The notes below the pieces were generated by a model, which did no database searches, had not been told where the DNA came from, and saw nothing but the letters and a program-made list of their open reading frames with translations. A DNA stretch of 64,000 nt from Histomonas meleagridis 2922-C6/04-290x (Eukaryota > Protista > Parabasalia), in contig JAANOX010000061.1 in assembly GCA_020184695.1 (NCBI GenBank), forward strand, positions 186,001 through 250,000. Direction: 5' to 3'. Of the stretch, positions 20,420 to 32,112 are shown in pieces (the first letter of the stretch is position 1; every line of letters begins with the position of its first letter). A program made the translations under genes and the position numbers.

Positions 20420-22780
20420 ATGAATAACGATACATTCATAGGTGACAAAATCACTTTACGCAATTATGAAAAGCATGATGGAGTAAAGATCGGAAAAAGA
20501 ACCGGAGAAGCTTTACTTGCTAATTTATCGCCGTACGCGATTGTTGATATAGACGTTAAATGTGAACAAGAAGAAGTTTTGAAATCTTTTAATTCTAAAG
20601 CTTTTAATAAGTGTAAAATTGTAAAAACTGCGTCAGGAGGAATTCATATTTATAGTTTTTGGGATCAATCGATGTCTTTAAATAAGAATAGATTTATTAA
20701 ATGCTTCAGTTGTGAATTGTTCGATGTTGATTTATTCGTTCCGATAGATAGAGAGAAACGATCGATAGTAGTATTACCGGGAAGTAAAGCAAAGAATCAC
20801 GATGGAGTTATTGGTGAGTATATATTAATAAACGATTGCAATAATGATGAATTAATGACTTTTGATGATTTAAAAAATATACTTTTTGATGAGATTGGAA
20901 TTGATTTTGAAAGTTTGATTGAGAAACAAAACGAAAAAGTTACTGTTTTTAATGAAGAATTGAATTTTAATGAAGAATTATTTGAAGAAGAAACAGAAGA
21001 AAGAAATCCAGAGAATGAATTAAAATTATTTAATGCTTTAGTTAATGGTTTTAAAAATCTTGAAATCCACAACGACTGCAATAAATCAGTAGATCAAGAA
21101 ATTTCTCTGCTTCCTGTAATTTGCGGTTTTAATTCTTTTGAAAGTGAAACAATCAATCGCGATTTAATAAACGATGCGTTTATGAAAATTTATGAAACAG
21201 CTGATTTAACAGTTAATGCTAAAAATAAATTCTTTGAACAAATAACAAGAAATAGAAGTAAGAGATTTAAACATCATGGCGTGTTATTAAAGATATTAAA
21301 AATTCATAATAATGATTATTATAATAAATTTATATTGCCGTTAATTAAAAAAAATAATGTTTCTAAAGATGAGTTTTTAAATTCTAAATACTGTTTTTCT
21401 GATTATTTGAAAGAAATGATTAGTTTTTCAACAGTTGATGACTATATAAATAACCTTATAAAATGTTTGGCGTTCACTGATTGGGGAGATTATATTATTA
21501 AAGTTTTCAATGATGGAAAAATTGATTTTCAAATTTTAGATTCAAAATCACTTCAGAATTATTTCAATTTTGACATCACACTGCCAACAACAAACGAAGA
21601 AAAAGAACTGATGCGTAAAAGGCATAAAAAGATTTCAGACACAAAAACTATATCTTTGTTTAAAGAATTACGAAACGTTAAGAATAGAGATAGATTCAAA
21701 AGTTTTGTGAGGTTTGAAGTTATTGGAGATGATGATAAAATTTTCTCTCTCTTTAGAGCTCCCTCAAACACAATGAGTTATACCTCAATAGAAGATAAAC
21801 CTGATCTTATTAGTAAATGGATTCAATTAATTGAAGATCAACTTTTTGATGATGAAGCAATAAAAGCTTTTCATCATCTACTTAAAATAGCAGCTTTTAC
21901 TTTAAAGTTTCGTAAAAAAGCTCCAGTATTCTTTATTAAATATTCTTCAACCGGAAATTCTGGAAAAACATATATCGACAATTCATTCAAAAAACTTTAT
22001 CGAGATTTTGCCTTAGTCGGAATAAATGAACTACAACTAAGTGAGAAGCACAACGGTGGTTTTGCTAAAAAGCTTTATCGTTCTTATGATGAGTTTTCAA
22101 CTGATAATTATTCAAATAAAACAACAAATAATATCATCAAACGATTGACTAATAACTCACAAACGGTGCGATCGATGAATCGTGATACACGCCAAGAAAA
22201 TGATTTTGCCATCGACGTATTAAACACAAATCACGCGGATTTATACGGTATGTTGAATTCAGGAGATCAAGCCTTGCTGTCAAGATTTTGTATAATTAGA
22301 TTTAAAGAAAGAAGCATTTTTGAATCAGAATTTGTTAAGGATAAAGATGTTATTGACAACATTAATTTTCCATTATCTTTATATAATTATTTAATGTCTT
22401 TAGATCTAAATGATTTTGTGAAAAGAAATTTATTTGACCGATATGATTCATCAATTGTTCAAAATCAATTGAGAGCCATTAAAGAATCTCCGCTTGAAGA
22501 TTTCCTTGATGATATTCAAGAATGTTGGAAGAATGCAATATATCATGACGAAGAAATAGAATATATAACAGTATCAGAAATGAACCGGTTATACGTTCAG
22601 TACTCAAAATACGATCGTTTTAAACTAAGTAAGAAATCATTTGAAAGAGAGCTGATGGAAAAAGAAATTTATAAAATGCAGTATAAAATATTTGGAAGAA
22701 ATACACGTGTATTTTATAGAAAGAAAATCGACGAAGAATTTAATGAAGAATTTAATGGAGAGTTTGATGTTAAGAGATAA
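20420..22780 (+). CDS. Prim-Pol (AEP) primase fused to SF3/D5-like helicase
   Basis: AEP motifs IVDIDV, KTASGGIHIY and VVLPGS; Walker A STGNSGKT, Walker B SYDE, motif C NTNH, arginine finger ALLSRF. Likely start MNNDT at 20420 (track ORF opens at 20282). Confidence 0.88.
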   Translation: MNNDTFIGDKITLRNYEKHDGVKIGKRTGEALLANLSPYAIVDIDVKCEQEEVLKSFNSKAFNKCKIVKTASGGIHIYSFWDQSMSLNKNRFIKCFSCELFDVDLFVPIDREKRSIVVLPGSKAKNHDGVIGEYILINDCNNDELMTFDDLKNILFDEIGIDFESLIEKQNEKVTVFNEELNFNEELFEEETEERNPENELKLFNALVNGFKNLEIHNDCNKSVDQEISLLPVICGFNSFESETINRDLINDAFMKIYETADLTVNAKNKFFEQITRNRSKRFKHHGVLLKILKIHNNDYYNKFILPLIKKNNVSKDEFLNSKYCFSDYLKEMISFSTVDDYINNLIKCLAFTDWGDYIIKVFNDGKIDFQILDSKSLQNYFNFDITLPTTNEEKELMRKRHKKISDTKTISLFKELRNVKNRDRFKSFVRFEVIGDDDKIFSLFRAPSNTMSYTSIEDKPDLISKWIQLIEDQLFDDEAIKAFHHLLKIAAFTLKFRKKAPVFFIKYSSTGNSGKTYIDNSFKKLYRDFALVGINELQLSEKHNGGFAKKLYRSYDEFSTDNYSNKTTNNIIKRLTNNSQTVRSMNRDTRQENDFAIDVLNTNHADLYGMLNSGDQALLSRFCIIRFKERSIFESEFVKDKDVIDNINFPLSLYNYLMSLDLNDFVKRNLFDRYDSSIVQNQLRAIKESPLEDFLDDIQECWKNAIYHDEEIEYITVSEMNRLYVQYSKYDRFKLSKKSFERELMEKEIYKMQYKIFGRNTRVFYRKKIDEEFNEEFNGEFDVKR

Positions 22781-25182
22781 ATTATATTGTAATTATTTTT
22801 TGAATTTAATGATAAAAGTTAATGATTCTAAATAATGAGTCATTGTTTTCTATAATTACTGTTAAAGGTGATGGTAACAATTTTCAAAGTCAATTATGTG
22901 TGAATCGGAGTTTTCTTTGCTGTTTTTGATTTGAATGAGTCATTGTTTTCTTATAATTACTGTTAAAGGTGATGGTAACAATTTTCAAAGTCGATTATGT
23001 GTGAATCGGAGTTTTCTTTGCTGTTTTTGATTTGAATGAGTCATTGTTTTCTTATAATTACTGTTAAAGGTGATGGTAACAATAGCGGTAACAAAATTAA
23101 CAGCATTTGATACCTTCATTTAACAGTACATTTATAAGTATTATATTCTTGTTTCTTCTGTTATTCTTTCATCTAGTTGTTTTTGTCTGTTGTTTCTTCT
23201 GTTAATTTATTCTTATAAACAGAATTCTGTAAAATGTGCTGGTAACAGTAACAAGTCACAAATCAAAATTCATGTCGGATGTCGGAAGGCTCCGACACTA
23301 TACTGTTAATATAAAAATTACCGGTTACTTTGCTACCTCATTATTTAAAAAAAAATCTAAAATCGACACAACCATTAACGACTCACATTATTTTAAAACG
23401 AGTTTACGTTCGTTCAATTTTTCAGCGTTTATCGCAACATTCGACAGAGGAATTTATGTATATCATTATTTTCAAACAACAATTTTTAAGCATCAAACGC
23501 TCAAAATCCACAAATCACTTACGATTCAGATGAACGAAACAAGTTTACGTTCGTTCAATTTTTCAGCGTTTATTACAACATTCGACAGAGGATTAATGAT
23601 ATATCATTATTTTAAAACAAGTTTACGTTTGTTCAATTTATCATCGTTTGTTACAACATTCACAAAGGAATTTATGATATATCATTATTTTAAAACAAGT
23701 TTACGTTCGTTCAATTTATCAGCGTTTGTTACAACATTCGACAAAGGAATTAATGATATATCATTATTTTAAAACATGAATTTATCAGCGTTGATTGCTA
23801 AAATCGACAAATCACTCACACACACGAATGAAACATCAATTTTTAAGTGTTAATTACAAAAATCTAAAAATAAATTTATGATGTCATCAATTTTAAAACA
23901 TGAAATTATAAGCATTGAATAGTACATAATTTTGCGATTCGTTTGATATGTAAATCATGTAAAAATAACTATCATATAACGAGATAAATTTATTTTAAAA
24001 TTTCAATGTCAGTTTTTCACTTTTTCAATGAACGCCTTACGTTCGATTCCCGTACAGTGCGTTTTTTGTTAATGTCTTACGTTCGATTCCCAAACCTATT
24101 GAATTTTATTTTTAAACTTTTTACTCGTTCTACCTTAACGTTCAACTCTAACGTTCTTCCTTAACGTTCGACTCTAACGTTCTTCCTTAACGTTCACTTT
24201 ATCCTTCGTCATAAACACCGTCATAAAATTCGTCATCGAATATTTTTTACATTTGCCACTAAATTCAATGTGGATTCAAAAAATTTTACGTTTGACACTA
24301 ATTGAAAACATCATTCAAATTTACATTTTCAGTACTCATTCAAATCTCATTACTGCCCGCCAATTTCTAATCCTTAACGTTCAATTACCACCAAAATTTT
24401 TTTCATTGTAAAATAATTCAATACTTTACTTTTTACAACATTGAAAAAAAAATGCTCCTGTGTCGAGAAACGCGTGTCAGATTTTTTTTTAAGATTTCAA
24501 TACTTTTAAAAACTTTTTCAGAACTCATTCAAATTCATTTCCCGCCAATATTTTTCAGTACCTATTCAATTATTAATCGTTTTGCCACCAAATTAAATGA
24601 CAATTCAAAAAATTTTACATTTGCCACTAAATTAAATGATAATTCAAAATATTTTTTTACAACAACTTCAACCGTCATTTTCTCCGTCCGTTAATTTCCG
24701 TTAAATTTTAAACAGAAAACGTTTAAAAAAAATTTTTTGAAATCCGTTAAAAAAAGTTTATTTTTTACAACTTACTTTTTCAGCGGTTGTTCAAATTTAT
24801 CAACCGTCATTTTCTCCGTCAGTTAATTTTTCGTAAACGTATCACTAACGAACGTTAATTTTTCATCAACTGACATGTGATATGAAATGAAAAAACATGT
24901 TATGCGAAATGAATTTTTCGGAAATGTTATGTGAAAATGAAAAACAGAAATGTTATGTGAAATGTTTATATAAAAGTGACACAGACATGTGATATGAAAA
25001 TTTACACAAAAAGTGACACCAAAAGTGACACAAAATTTTTGAGGGTTAAAAAAATAAAAAAGTGAACCCTTTTTTTGAACCCTCAACGAAACGAAGTAAA
25101 TTAACATTTTTCGGATGATTTTACAAAATTAAAAATTAAAGCTAATTTTAAAAAAATTTAATTTTTTATTTTTAATAAAATA

Positions 25183-25746
25183 ATGAGTTGGAAAACTTGC
25201 GTTGTAAACCGAAATTATGAGATTAACACAGAATACCCTTATGCCATTAGAAGAAAAAATGATAAAAAAATCATTAAAGAATTTTCAATAAAAACTACCG
25301 GTTATATTGCATGTAAATTAAACAGAAAATTATATCTTAAACATCGTATTGTTGCATTACAATTTATTCCAAATCCTGATGACAAACCTTTTTATAGATC
25401 ATATAGATCACAATCGTTCAAACAATAACGTTTCAAATCTCCGTTGGGTTTATCAGTCAGAAAATCTAAAAAAATAAAAAGTTCAGGTAAAGGAAAAGAC
25501 TTTGAATTCTTTGACGAAATCAACGAGGATTCAATTGAAGTTAATAAGTATGGCAATCATCAATTAGAAGATTATTATTATGATGATAAAACAGATGCGT
25601 TTTACTTTTGGAACGGTATTAAATTCAGAAAATTAACAATCTGTTATGATAAGCGCGGTTCTGCTCATGTTTATTGCAGAGATACTAATAATTCAAGTTT
25701 TGCACTTTATTATTCAAAATTCAAAAAACTTTACGGTTTCGTTTAA
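25183..25746 (+). CDS. HNH endonuclease paralogue, two frameshifts
   Basis: LKHRIVALQFIPNPDDKP / DHIDHNRSNNNVSNLRWV across frames; C-terminal half matches 17595-18149. Confidence 0.8.
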
Positions 25747-25949
25747 AAATAATTTATTTTTTTGTCATTCAACTTTTGCGTTAAATCCTTCAAAAAATGC
25801 TCATTTTCTCCGTTTCGTAAAGGGTTAAAAAAAAAGGTTAAAAAATCACCTTTGAAAATTAAAAGGTACTTTTTACATTCAAAACCTCAGTTAATAACAA
25901 CTTTAAGCTCCAAACACTAAAATCTACATAGGATTAACAACAAAACACT

Positions 25950-26169
25950 AAAATCCACATAGTATTAACAACAACTCAGCCGGATTCATGCATCACACAT
26001 TTTAAATATAAATGTCATCATGAATTTAAATATATTTTATTACTTTCAACCAAAACCAACCGATTTATGATAATTCAATCGATTTTAGCCGTTCATCCTT
26101 TAGTTTATGTAGCGCGAGTGGGAGCGAGTGCGTAGCACGAAGCTCACATAGCGCTGTGTGTGTGTGTGT
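25950..26169 (-). repeat. Right terminal inverted repeat ending AGCGCT-(GT)7
   Basis: Reverse complement of 5437-5660. Confidence 0.95.
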
Positions 26170-26277
26170 ATTCATTCATTTGTTACATTACTTTTAAAAG
26201 ATATTAATGCCAAAAAAAGCTTAAATAGATTTACGTCAAATCCTTTTGAACATCAATTTGCATGTTTATAAATAAAA

Positions 26278-26989
26278 ATGGGTATGTTCAAAATTTCAAA
26301 ATCAGCATTAAAAAGTATATCAACTGATCAAATAATAGCTAGCATAACAGACCAAAAATTACAACCTTTAAAGGTTTCTAAAAGAGCATCATCATTTGGA
26401 ATTACAATTTCAAACAATGTATATGATAAATCATTATTTCCATATGATGGAAGGACAATTGCTTATTCACTATTAATTGAAGCAGGATTCATAGTAGAAA
26501 AACCTATTGTTAATGTAGAAAATTTTGATATCATTATTAGTAATCATTCTAAAATCGTGGAAGAATTTTTTCAAATATTATTTGATACATTTTATTTTAG
26601 TACAAAAAGAATAATGAATTCCTTGAGTATTAATGCAGTTACCTTGTCTGTTCAGACAGGTTTTAATGGTAGAAATCTTACACAATCCAAAGTATCAATG
26701 GATAAGATATGCTTTATCGAAGATTCTCGAAGATTAAAGATAAGAAGGAAATATATCTTCAATTAATGAAGAAATAATAATTGATTTAAAGAAATTATTT
26801 GGAAATATGTTATTATGTAGTACTCTGAAGGATATCATCGTAAATTGTTCTGAATACTATCAAATTCCATTTTCCAAATATGATACAAAAACAAAGCAAA
26901 ATATGCTCGAATGGATCCAGAAATATTATGATAGCATTAAAGAAACAATAGCAGTGATATCAGTTAACTTAAGATATTTTAATAATTAA
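26278..26989 (+). CDS. Hypothetical host protein, apparently one gene with a single frameshift near 26760
   Basis: ORFs 26278-26766 and 26807-26989 join through NEEIIIDLKKLFGN in the second frame. Confidence 0.45.
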
Positions 26990-27866
26990 GTAGACACCCA
27001 AAAATTCGAATAAAAAAATAGAAATAAATAAAGAAATAATCACTTCACATTATTTTTTTCACTTCATCAAAATTTCAATCATTCATAAAAATCCATGCAA
27101 AAAATATTTTTATTTAACAATCACATTTTTTTTAAATAACAAATCATATATTTTTATTCATAAATAAATAAAGACCACCGCCACTTCATATAAAAAGTTG
27201 CACTCGATTTATTATCGACTAAGTTGATTTTTTCATATATTTTCACTTTTTCTCAAAATTTTTAATGAAAATGATAAAGGATAATAGTTTAGAAAATAAG
27301 CACATCTAATATGCAACATTACTATATAGGAAATAAACCAAAATTCCAGAAAAAGTATGGTCGAAATCAGATCGAATTTAGTAAGATTGTACAGTTGAAA
27401 TTTCGGAAAGAGGGTATTTTTGTAATCTCCTCCCAATGTTATCCTTAACATAAAATTATCGTTGAAAAAATATTGCAGGATTTTGAGTTTTAGTACCTGA
27501 ATAATATTTGTTGACAGATTATTTAGAGATTTTTCAGGGAGTCAAATTTTATGTGACTAGGACTTGAAAGATTCAATGTGATGTGTTCTCTTTATGAAAT
27601 ATGTACTTATGCAATTAGTTATTTTTAAATTATTAAAATTGTCATTACATTTATATTTTCACATAAAGGTTTTCTTGATTATGTAAGATATGTAATCAAA
27701 TATATAAATTTCTTTTTTATAATGATTTTAATGTTACAATTAATTTAAAAAACATAATATAAAATTTATATTAGCGTTGTACAAACATTATGCAACTTTG
27801 TTAGTTTTCTTTATATTTTGATTCATTAGAATATTTTATTTCATATAACATTTCCAAGTTATTCTT

Positions 27867-30800
27867 ATGCAAAAATATGAAACACAGATAAATCATGCAC
27901 TAGCAAAATTTAAACAAGCCAGAAGCTGGCCAGATTTAAATGCTATGCTTCGAAATGTTATAGATATTTTTGGAAAATTTCCAGATTCACATGAAATACC
28001 ACAGCAAATGTTATTTGCAAAAACATTATCACAATGCCTATCTCCTGCGCTTCCAGCAGGTATTCAAACAAAAGCACTTGAAGTTTATAGATGTGTTTTT
28101 GAAAAAGCAGGATCAGATTTTATTCTCGAAAATTTTAATGTATGGTCACCTGGTTTATTCCAATTTTTTCACTCTGCTGGAATTGCACAACGTTCAATTG
28201 CGTTAAAATTATTTAATGATTTTTTTCTTCCTTTAATACCACGAAATCTAAGAGTAGCTCCACCCTTAATCACTGCGATATTACCAGGGCATGCCAATAG
28301 TGGAACAGAAGTACAAACTAAAACCTATGATATGTTAGAAGAAATTCGTCGTATAATAAAAAACAAATATTTCTGGCGAGCTGCGTTTGAAGCAGTTCTT
28401 GTTAACCCATCGACACGAGAACCCTTCCTTCTTTATTCTTTAAAATGTCCATCAAATGAAATCATGGAAATTAATCATGATCAACTTGTTATTTCCACCT
28501 TCAAAACATTATTTAAAGAACCGAATCCGCTAATCATTCGAAGTACACTTGAACTTTTCAATGCATGTTATCCTTTATTTTCGGCAGATATTCAAAATGA
28601 ATTATCATTTTCGTGTATTGAACTTCTTACATTAGAAGACCAATCAATTCGTAGACGTGTTTTTGCATGGATCAATGCAAACAAGGAACAAGCCATCAAA
28701 TCGTTTTGCAAAACCCCATCAATTGGTTCGATTCAAACGATGTTATCAAAAAGTGGTGAATTCAAAGAAATAATTTTTCAATGTCTTCCGACTATTCTTG
28801 AGCAAAATCCGGAATTTGAGCTTTCTAAAATATCCTCGATGATTGACATTGATGAATTATTTACTCTTGTTGGAGATAATATAAATTCTCAGTATTTAAT
28901 TTTAAAGAATTGTGTAATTCCAAGTATTCAAATCCAATCGAAAGCATTAAATAATATTTTGTTATTAATTTCTCAAACATCGAATACTTTAAATAACTTA
29001 TGTGAAATCGCAGAACTTTTAATTGAAAGCCTTAATGAAGAACATATCGAAAATTGTACATTAGCAATAAATAACATTTTCACTAATTTTAAAGATAATG
29101 CAAAAGCACTTTCTTTAAGTATAAAACTTATAAATAAGTTACCGAACATTAATCCGAATTTTAATCTTTTGTTTGAAGAACCTTTTTCATATATAACAAT
29201 CGATACAATATTAAAAATTTCCGAAAACAACTTATTAGCAATATTAACATTAGATAACAATGTCGACAAATGTTTAAAAGTTTGTTTCCAAACATTAAAT
29301 AATAATAATTTGACTATTAATGTAATTAATGATATATGTAATATGATAATATATTTTTCGAAGAATTATTCATCGAATTTCATTATTAGTTTGGATCAAA
29401 ATTGGATTTTTAATGCGATTCAAACATATATAACATATTCGAAGGAGTTACAGGTTTCATTGATAATAGTGTGCCAAAACAAAAACCAATTTAATTTACA
29501 AAGATTACTTCTAAAGCGTTTTAACTATTTATTAAATGATATTAAAAACATTTTATCTAATAGCGATGAACAATTTAATTTAATTGTTATTAAATCATTA
29601 GAAAAATTAATTGATTTTGATGTTTCTTTGTTTTTTGCAAGCATTTCATTAAATGACTTAATCGATTTCGTTAAGTTTTTAATTAATATTAAAAATACAG
29701 AGAATTTGATGTATTTAATTTTAAGTTCTTCAAATAATGAACAGTTTTTAAATAGTGTTTCAGAAGTAATTTTTAATTTCGTATTAAATAATTATGAAAA
29801 TGTAATGTTGCATCGACTTTTAATACCAATTTCAAACCCTGACTTAAAAATTAATGAATTAATTAATAAAATTCCTCAATCTAATGCATTAATTTCTACG
29901 TTGTTGTTCGTGCTAAAGAAAATTCCAATTTCTGAAAACCACTTTGAAAATTTGAAAGAGTTATTCCAAAAGTGCATCAATCTCCTTGAAGAGCAAAATT
30001 TAAACGAATTATTGATTTATGACATATCACTTTTGTGTAAACTTGTCATTTCCTCTATCGAAAAAGAAATTAATGAAGTTAGAAATTCAAATAAATCTTC
30101 AACTTTAAGAAGATTTATTACAACAACAGAAGAGCTAAGTAATGATACTTGTGTTGCTTCTATAACAATTAATTTTATGCCTGATTATTCCGCTTTATAT
30201 TCATCATTACTTCCACAATTTTTACCAAAAATCATTTCAATTTTAAACAAAAAAATTGATTTAGAATTATATCCAAATGTTATTTCCGAACTATTTAATG
30301 CATTTGTACCAAATTGGGAGTTAATGATTTTTTATGCTTTTGTAATATCAAATGATTTAAGTGATTCTAAATTTTATCCTTTTTTGCTAGATATATTAAA
30401 TAATGAGCAATTAATACAATTAATTAAAGATTTAATTTTCGTTTTAACTTATAACGACAAAAGTGACAAAACTTTATGCGTATCGTTTTTTGTAAACTTA
30501 ATAAAATTACATCCAATTGCATTTGCAGATCAAAATGCAATAACTCAATTTCAAACAATGTTTCAACAACTAAGAATAGCACCTTATTATGCGGTGCTTT
30601 TTGTTTGCGAGTTTATAAAAGAATTTCCTGATACTCAAATAATATCATTCCAACAATTATTAACAAATTCTTTGTCTGATATAAAATCATCAACAGAGGA
30701 TTGTCAAGCTGTAATTTCTTACCTTTGTGGAATCGAAAATTCAATTTTATCTTCTCTTGGATCATCAAAAGTATTCTCAATTCTTCTTAAGGTTTTCCAA

Positions 30801-31556
30801 TCAAGTAATAAGTTTTGTATCTCATATCCACAATTCGTTTCCAAGTATTGTTCCTTCGAATTTGAAGGATTTTTATGGGATGAAATTCTTTTCCATCTTA
30901 TTAGTGAGCCACAGTTCTTTTCTAAGAACAAACAATACATCACCGAGACTCAGAAAGCGATAAACTCTGTCTCTAAAAGCTCTCCAAAATTTTGCCAATC
31001 ATTTTTCAATTTCTCATCATCATTCAAACCACTCAAAGAGCAAGACAAAAACACCCAATACAAAATGCTTGCTTTTGTTTTATTTTCATGTGATGTAGAT
31101 TGTTTTTCTAGTGAGCAACAATCGATTAATTCTCAATTATCACATTTGATATCCAATGAAACGCCTCAACTTTCCGACTTCAAAACCTTTTCTTTGCTCA
31201 TAAGGGTCATATTTGTACGGTTTTCACATAAATTTACCGAAACTTTTTCTTCGATAATTATTCATGAGTTAATCACCAACTTTTCGATGGGCGATGAAAT
31301 GCTGAAAGCGCAATCGGAGAAGCTTGCGAGGGCATTCCTCCTTGCTGTTCCGAGCAGTTTCCAATTTATGGAGTTTGCACTGATTCCAGATCTGATCACA
31401 TTCCCAAACAACGACGACATTAGCTGCGGATGGCCAATACTAAAGGAGTCAAAGGACTCATTGTTGCACCTTTCGAAGGATAAAATACAGAAGCAGACGT
31501 ATGAAAATGATCTTCTTGACGATTTCATTGAGGAGGCACGAGTTGAAAATGTTTAA
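27867..31556 (+). CDS. DOP1: Dopey/DOP1 family trafficking protein
   Basis: N-terminal FKQARSWPDL...LSQCLSPALPAGIQTKALEVY matches Dopey_N; 1229 aa. Confidence 0.85.
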   Translation: MQKYETQINHALAKFKQARSWPDLNAMLRNVIDIFGKFPDSHEIPQQMLFAKTLSQCLSPALPAGIQTKALEVYRCVFEKAGSDFILENFNVWSPGLFQFFHSAGIAQRSIALKLFNDFFLPLIPRNLRVAPPLITAILPGHANSGTEVQTKTYDMLEEIRRIIKNKYFWRAAFEAVLVNPSTREPFLLYSLKCPSNEIMEINHDQLVISTFKTLFKEPNPLIIRSTLELFNACYPLFSADIQNELSFSCIELLTLEDQSIRRRVFAWINANKEQAIKSFCKTPSIGSIQTMLSKSGEFKEIIFQCLPTILEQNPEFELSKISSMIDIDELFTLVGDNINSQYLILKNCVIPSIQIQSKALNNILLLISQTSNTLNNLCEIAELLIESLNEEHIENCTLAINNIFTNFKDNAKALSLSIKLINKLPNINPNFNLLFEEPFSYITIDTILKISENNLLAILTLDNNVDKCLKVCFQTLNNNNLTINVINDICNMIIYFSKNYSSNFIISLDQNWIFNAIQTYITYSKELQVSLIIVCQNKNQFNLQRLLLKRFNYLLNDIKNILSNSDEQFNLIVIKSLEKLIDFDVSLFFASISLNDLIDFVKFLINIKNTENLMYLILSSSNNEQFLNSVSEVIFNFVLNNYENVMLHRLLIPISNPDLKINELINKIPQSNALISTLLFVLKKIPISENHFENLKELFQKCINLLEEQNLNELLIYDISLLCKLVISSIEKEINEVRNSNKSSTLRRFITTTEELSNDTCVASITINFMPDYSALYSSLLPQFLPKIISILNKKIDLELYPNVISELFNAFVPNWELMIFYAFVISNDLSDSKFYPFLLDILNNEQLIQLIKDLIFVLTYNDKSDKTLCVSFFVNLIKLHPIAFADQNAITQFQTMFQQLRIAPYYAVLFVCEFIKEFPDTQIISFQQLLTNSLSDIKSSTEDCQAVISYLCGIENSILSSLGSSKVFSILLKVFQSSNKFCISYPQFVSKYCSFEFEGFLWDEILFHLISEPQFFSKNKQYITETQKAINSVSKSSPKFCQSFFNFSSSFKPLKEQDKNTQYKMLAFVLFSCDVDCFSSEQQSINSQLSHLISNETPQLSDFKTFSLLIRVIFVRFSHKFTETFSSIIIHELITNFSMGDEMLKAQSEKLARAFLLAVPSSFQFMEFALIPDLITFPNNDDISCGWPILKESKDSLLHLSKDKIQKQTYENDLLDDFIEEARVENV

Positions 31557-32112
31557 ATGTTTCTTATTTATAAATAAATAAAGTATTATAATAACTTTGT
31601 GGCATTAATGTTTTACTTCAAAATGTCTCGTTCCAATAAATGTTTTTTTTGATAAAGAAAATGAATTTTATGAATGGGAGAGTATGAAATATTCAAATCA
31701 GAAAGAATGATTCATTATACGCATTTGGAATATTAAATAAAAAAAAATGTTTCTGTGATGTATCAGTAGTGAAAATTATATTTTAGGAATTTTAAATACT
31801 AAATAATTATAGAGAATTTTGAAACTTCATTTGATTAGAATCCATTTTGCTCATAATCAGAAATTTATGATGACCCAAAATTTAAAAATTCATTCTAATA
31901 AATGTTATAAAAAATTGAAGAATATGTTAGAAATAAGTGGCAAAAAAAATGATCGAGAGAAAGATAAAAATCTTATGATCGCATAAATAACTTTTTAGGT
32001 GTCTGGTATTTAGTAAAAAAAATGAAAAGAGAGATTTTATTTAACCAGGATACAATATTGAAATTGATCCGATATCGAATGAACTTAGAGGAATCTTTTA
32101 TTTGTGTCCTTT

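Larger units (their letters stand above)
18177..23775. repeat. Right arm of ~5.5-kb inverted repeat
   Basis: Reverse complement of 7363-12880; this is the more intact arm. Confidence 0.95.
5437..26169. mobile_element. 20.7-kb nested-palindromic virus/plasmid-like DNA element
   Basis: Matching TIRs at both ends, two further levels of internal inverted repeat, and cargo of primase-helicase, HJ resolvase, HNH and KilA-N; no TSD found. Confidence 0.85.

Noticed and set aside
23875-23985. Tiny CxxC-containing reading frame (LICKSCKNNYH) in the right unique segment
   Set aside because: Too short and interrupted to support a gene call.
5437-26169. Calling the element a Maverick/Polinton
   Set aside because: No pPolB, integrase, packaging ATPase, protease or capsid motifs were recognised and there is no TSD; relationship left open.
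25183-26989. Treating all single-base frameshifts (HNH, resolvase, 26278 gene, calnexin, DUF3447 regions) as true pseudogenisation or recoding
   Set aside because: Most fall in A/T homopolymers, typical of long-read error; undecidable without polishing. They are distinct from the 17-nt blocks, which are not homopolymer indels.
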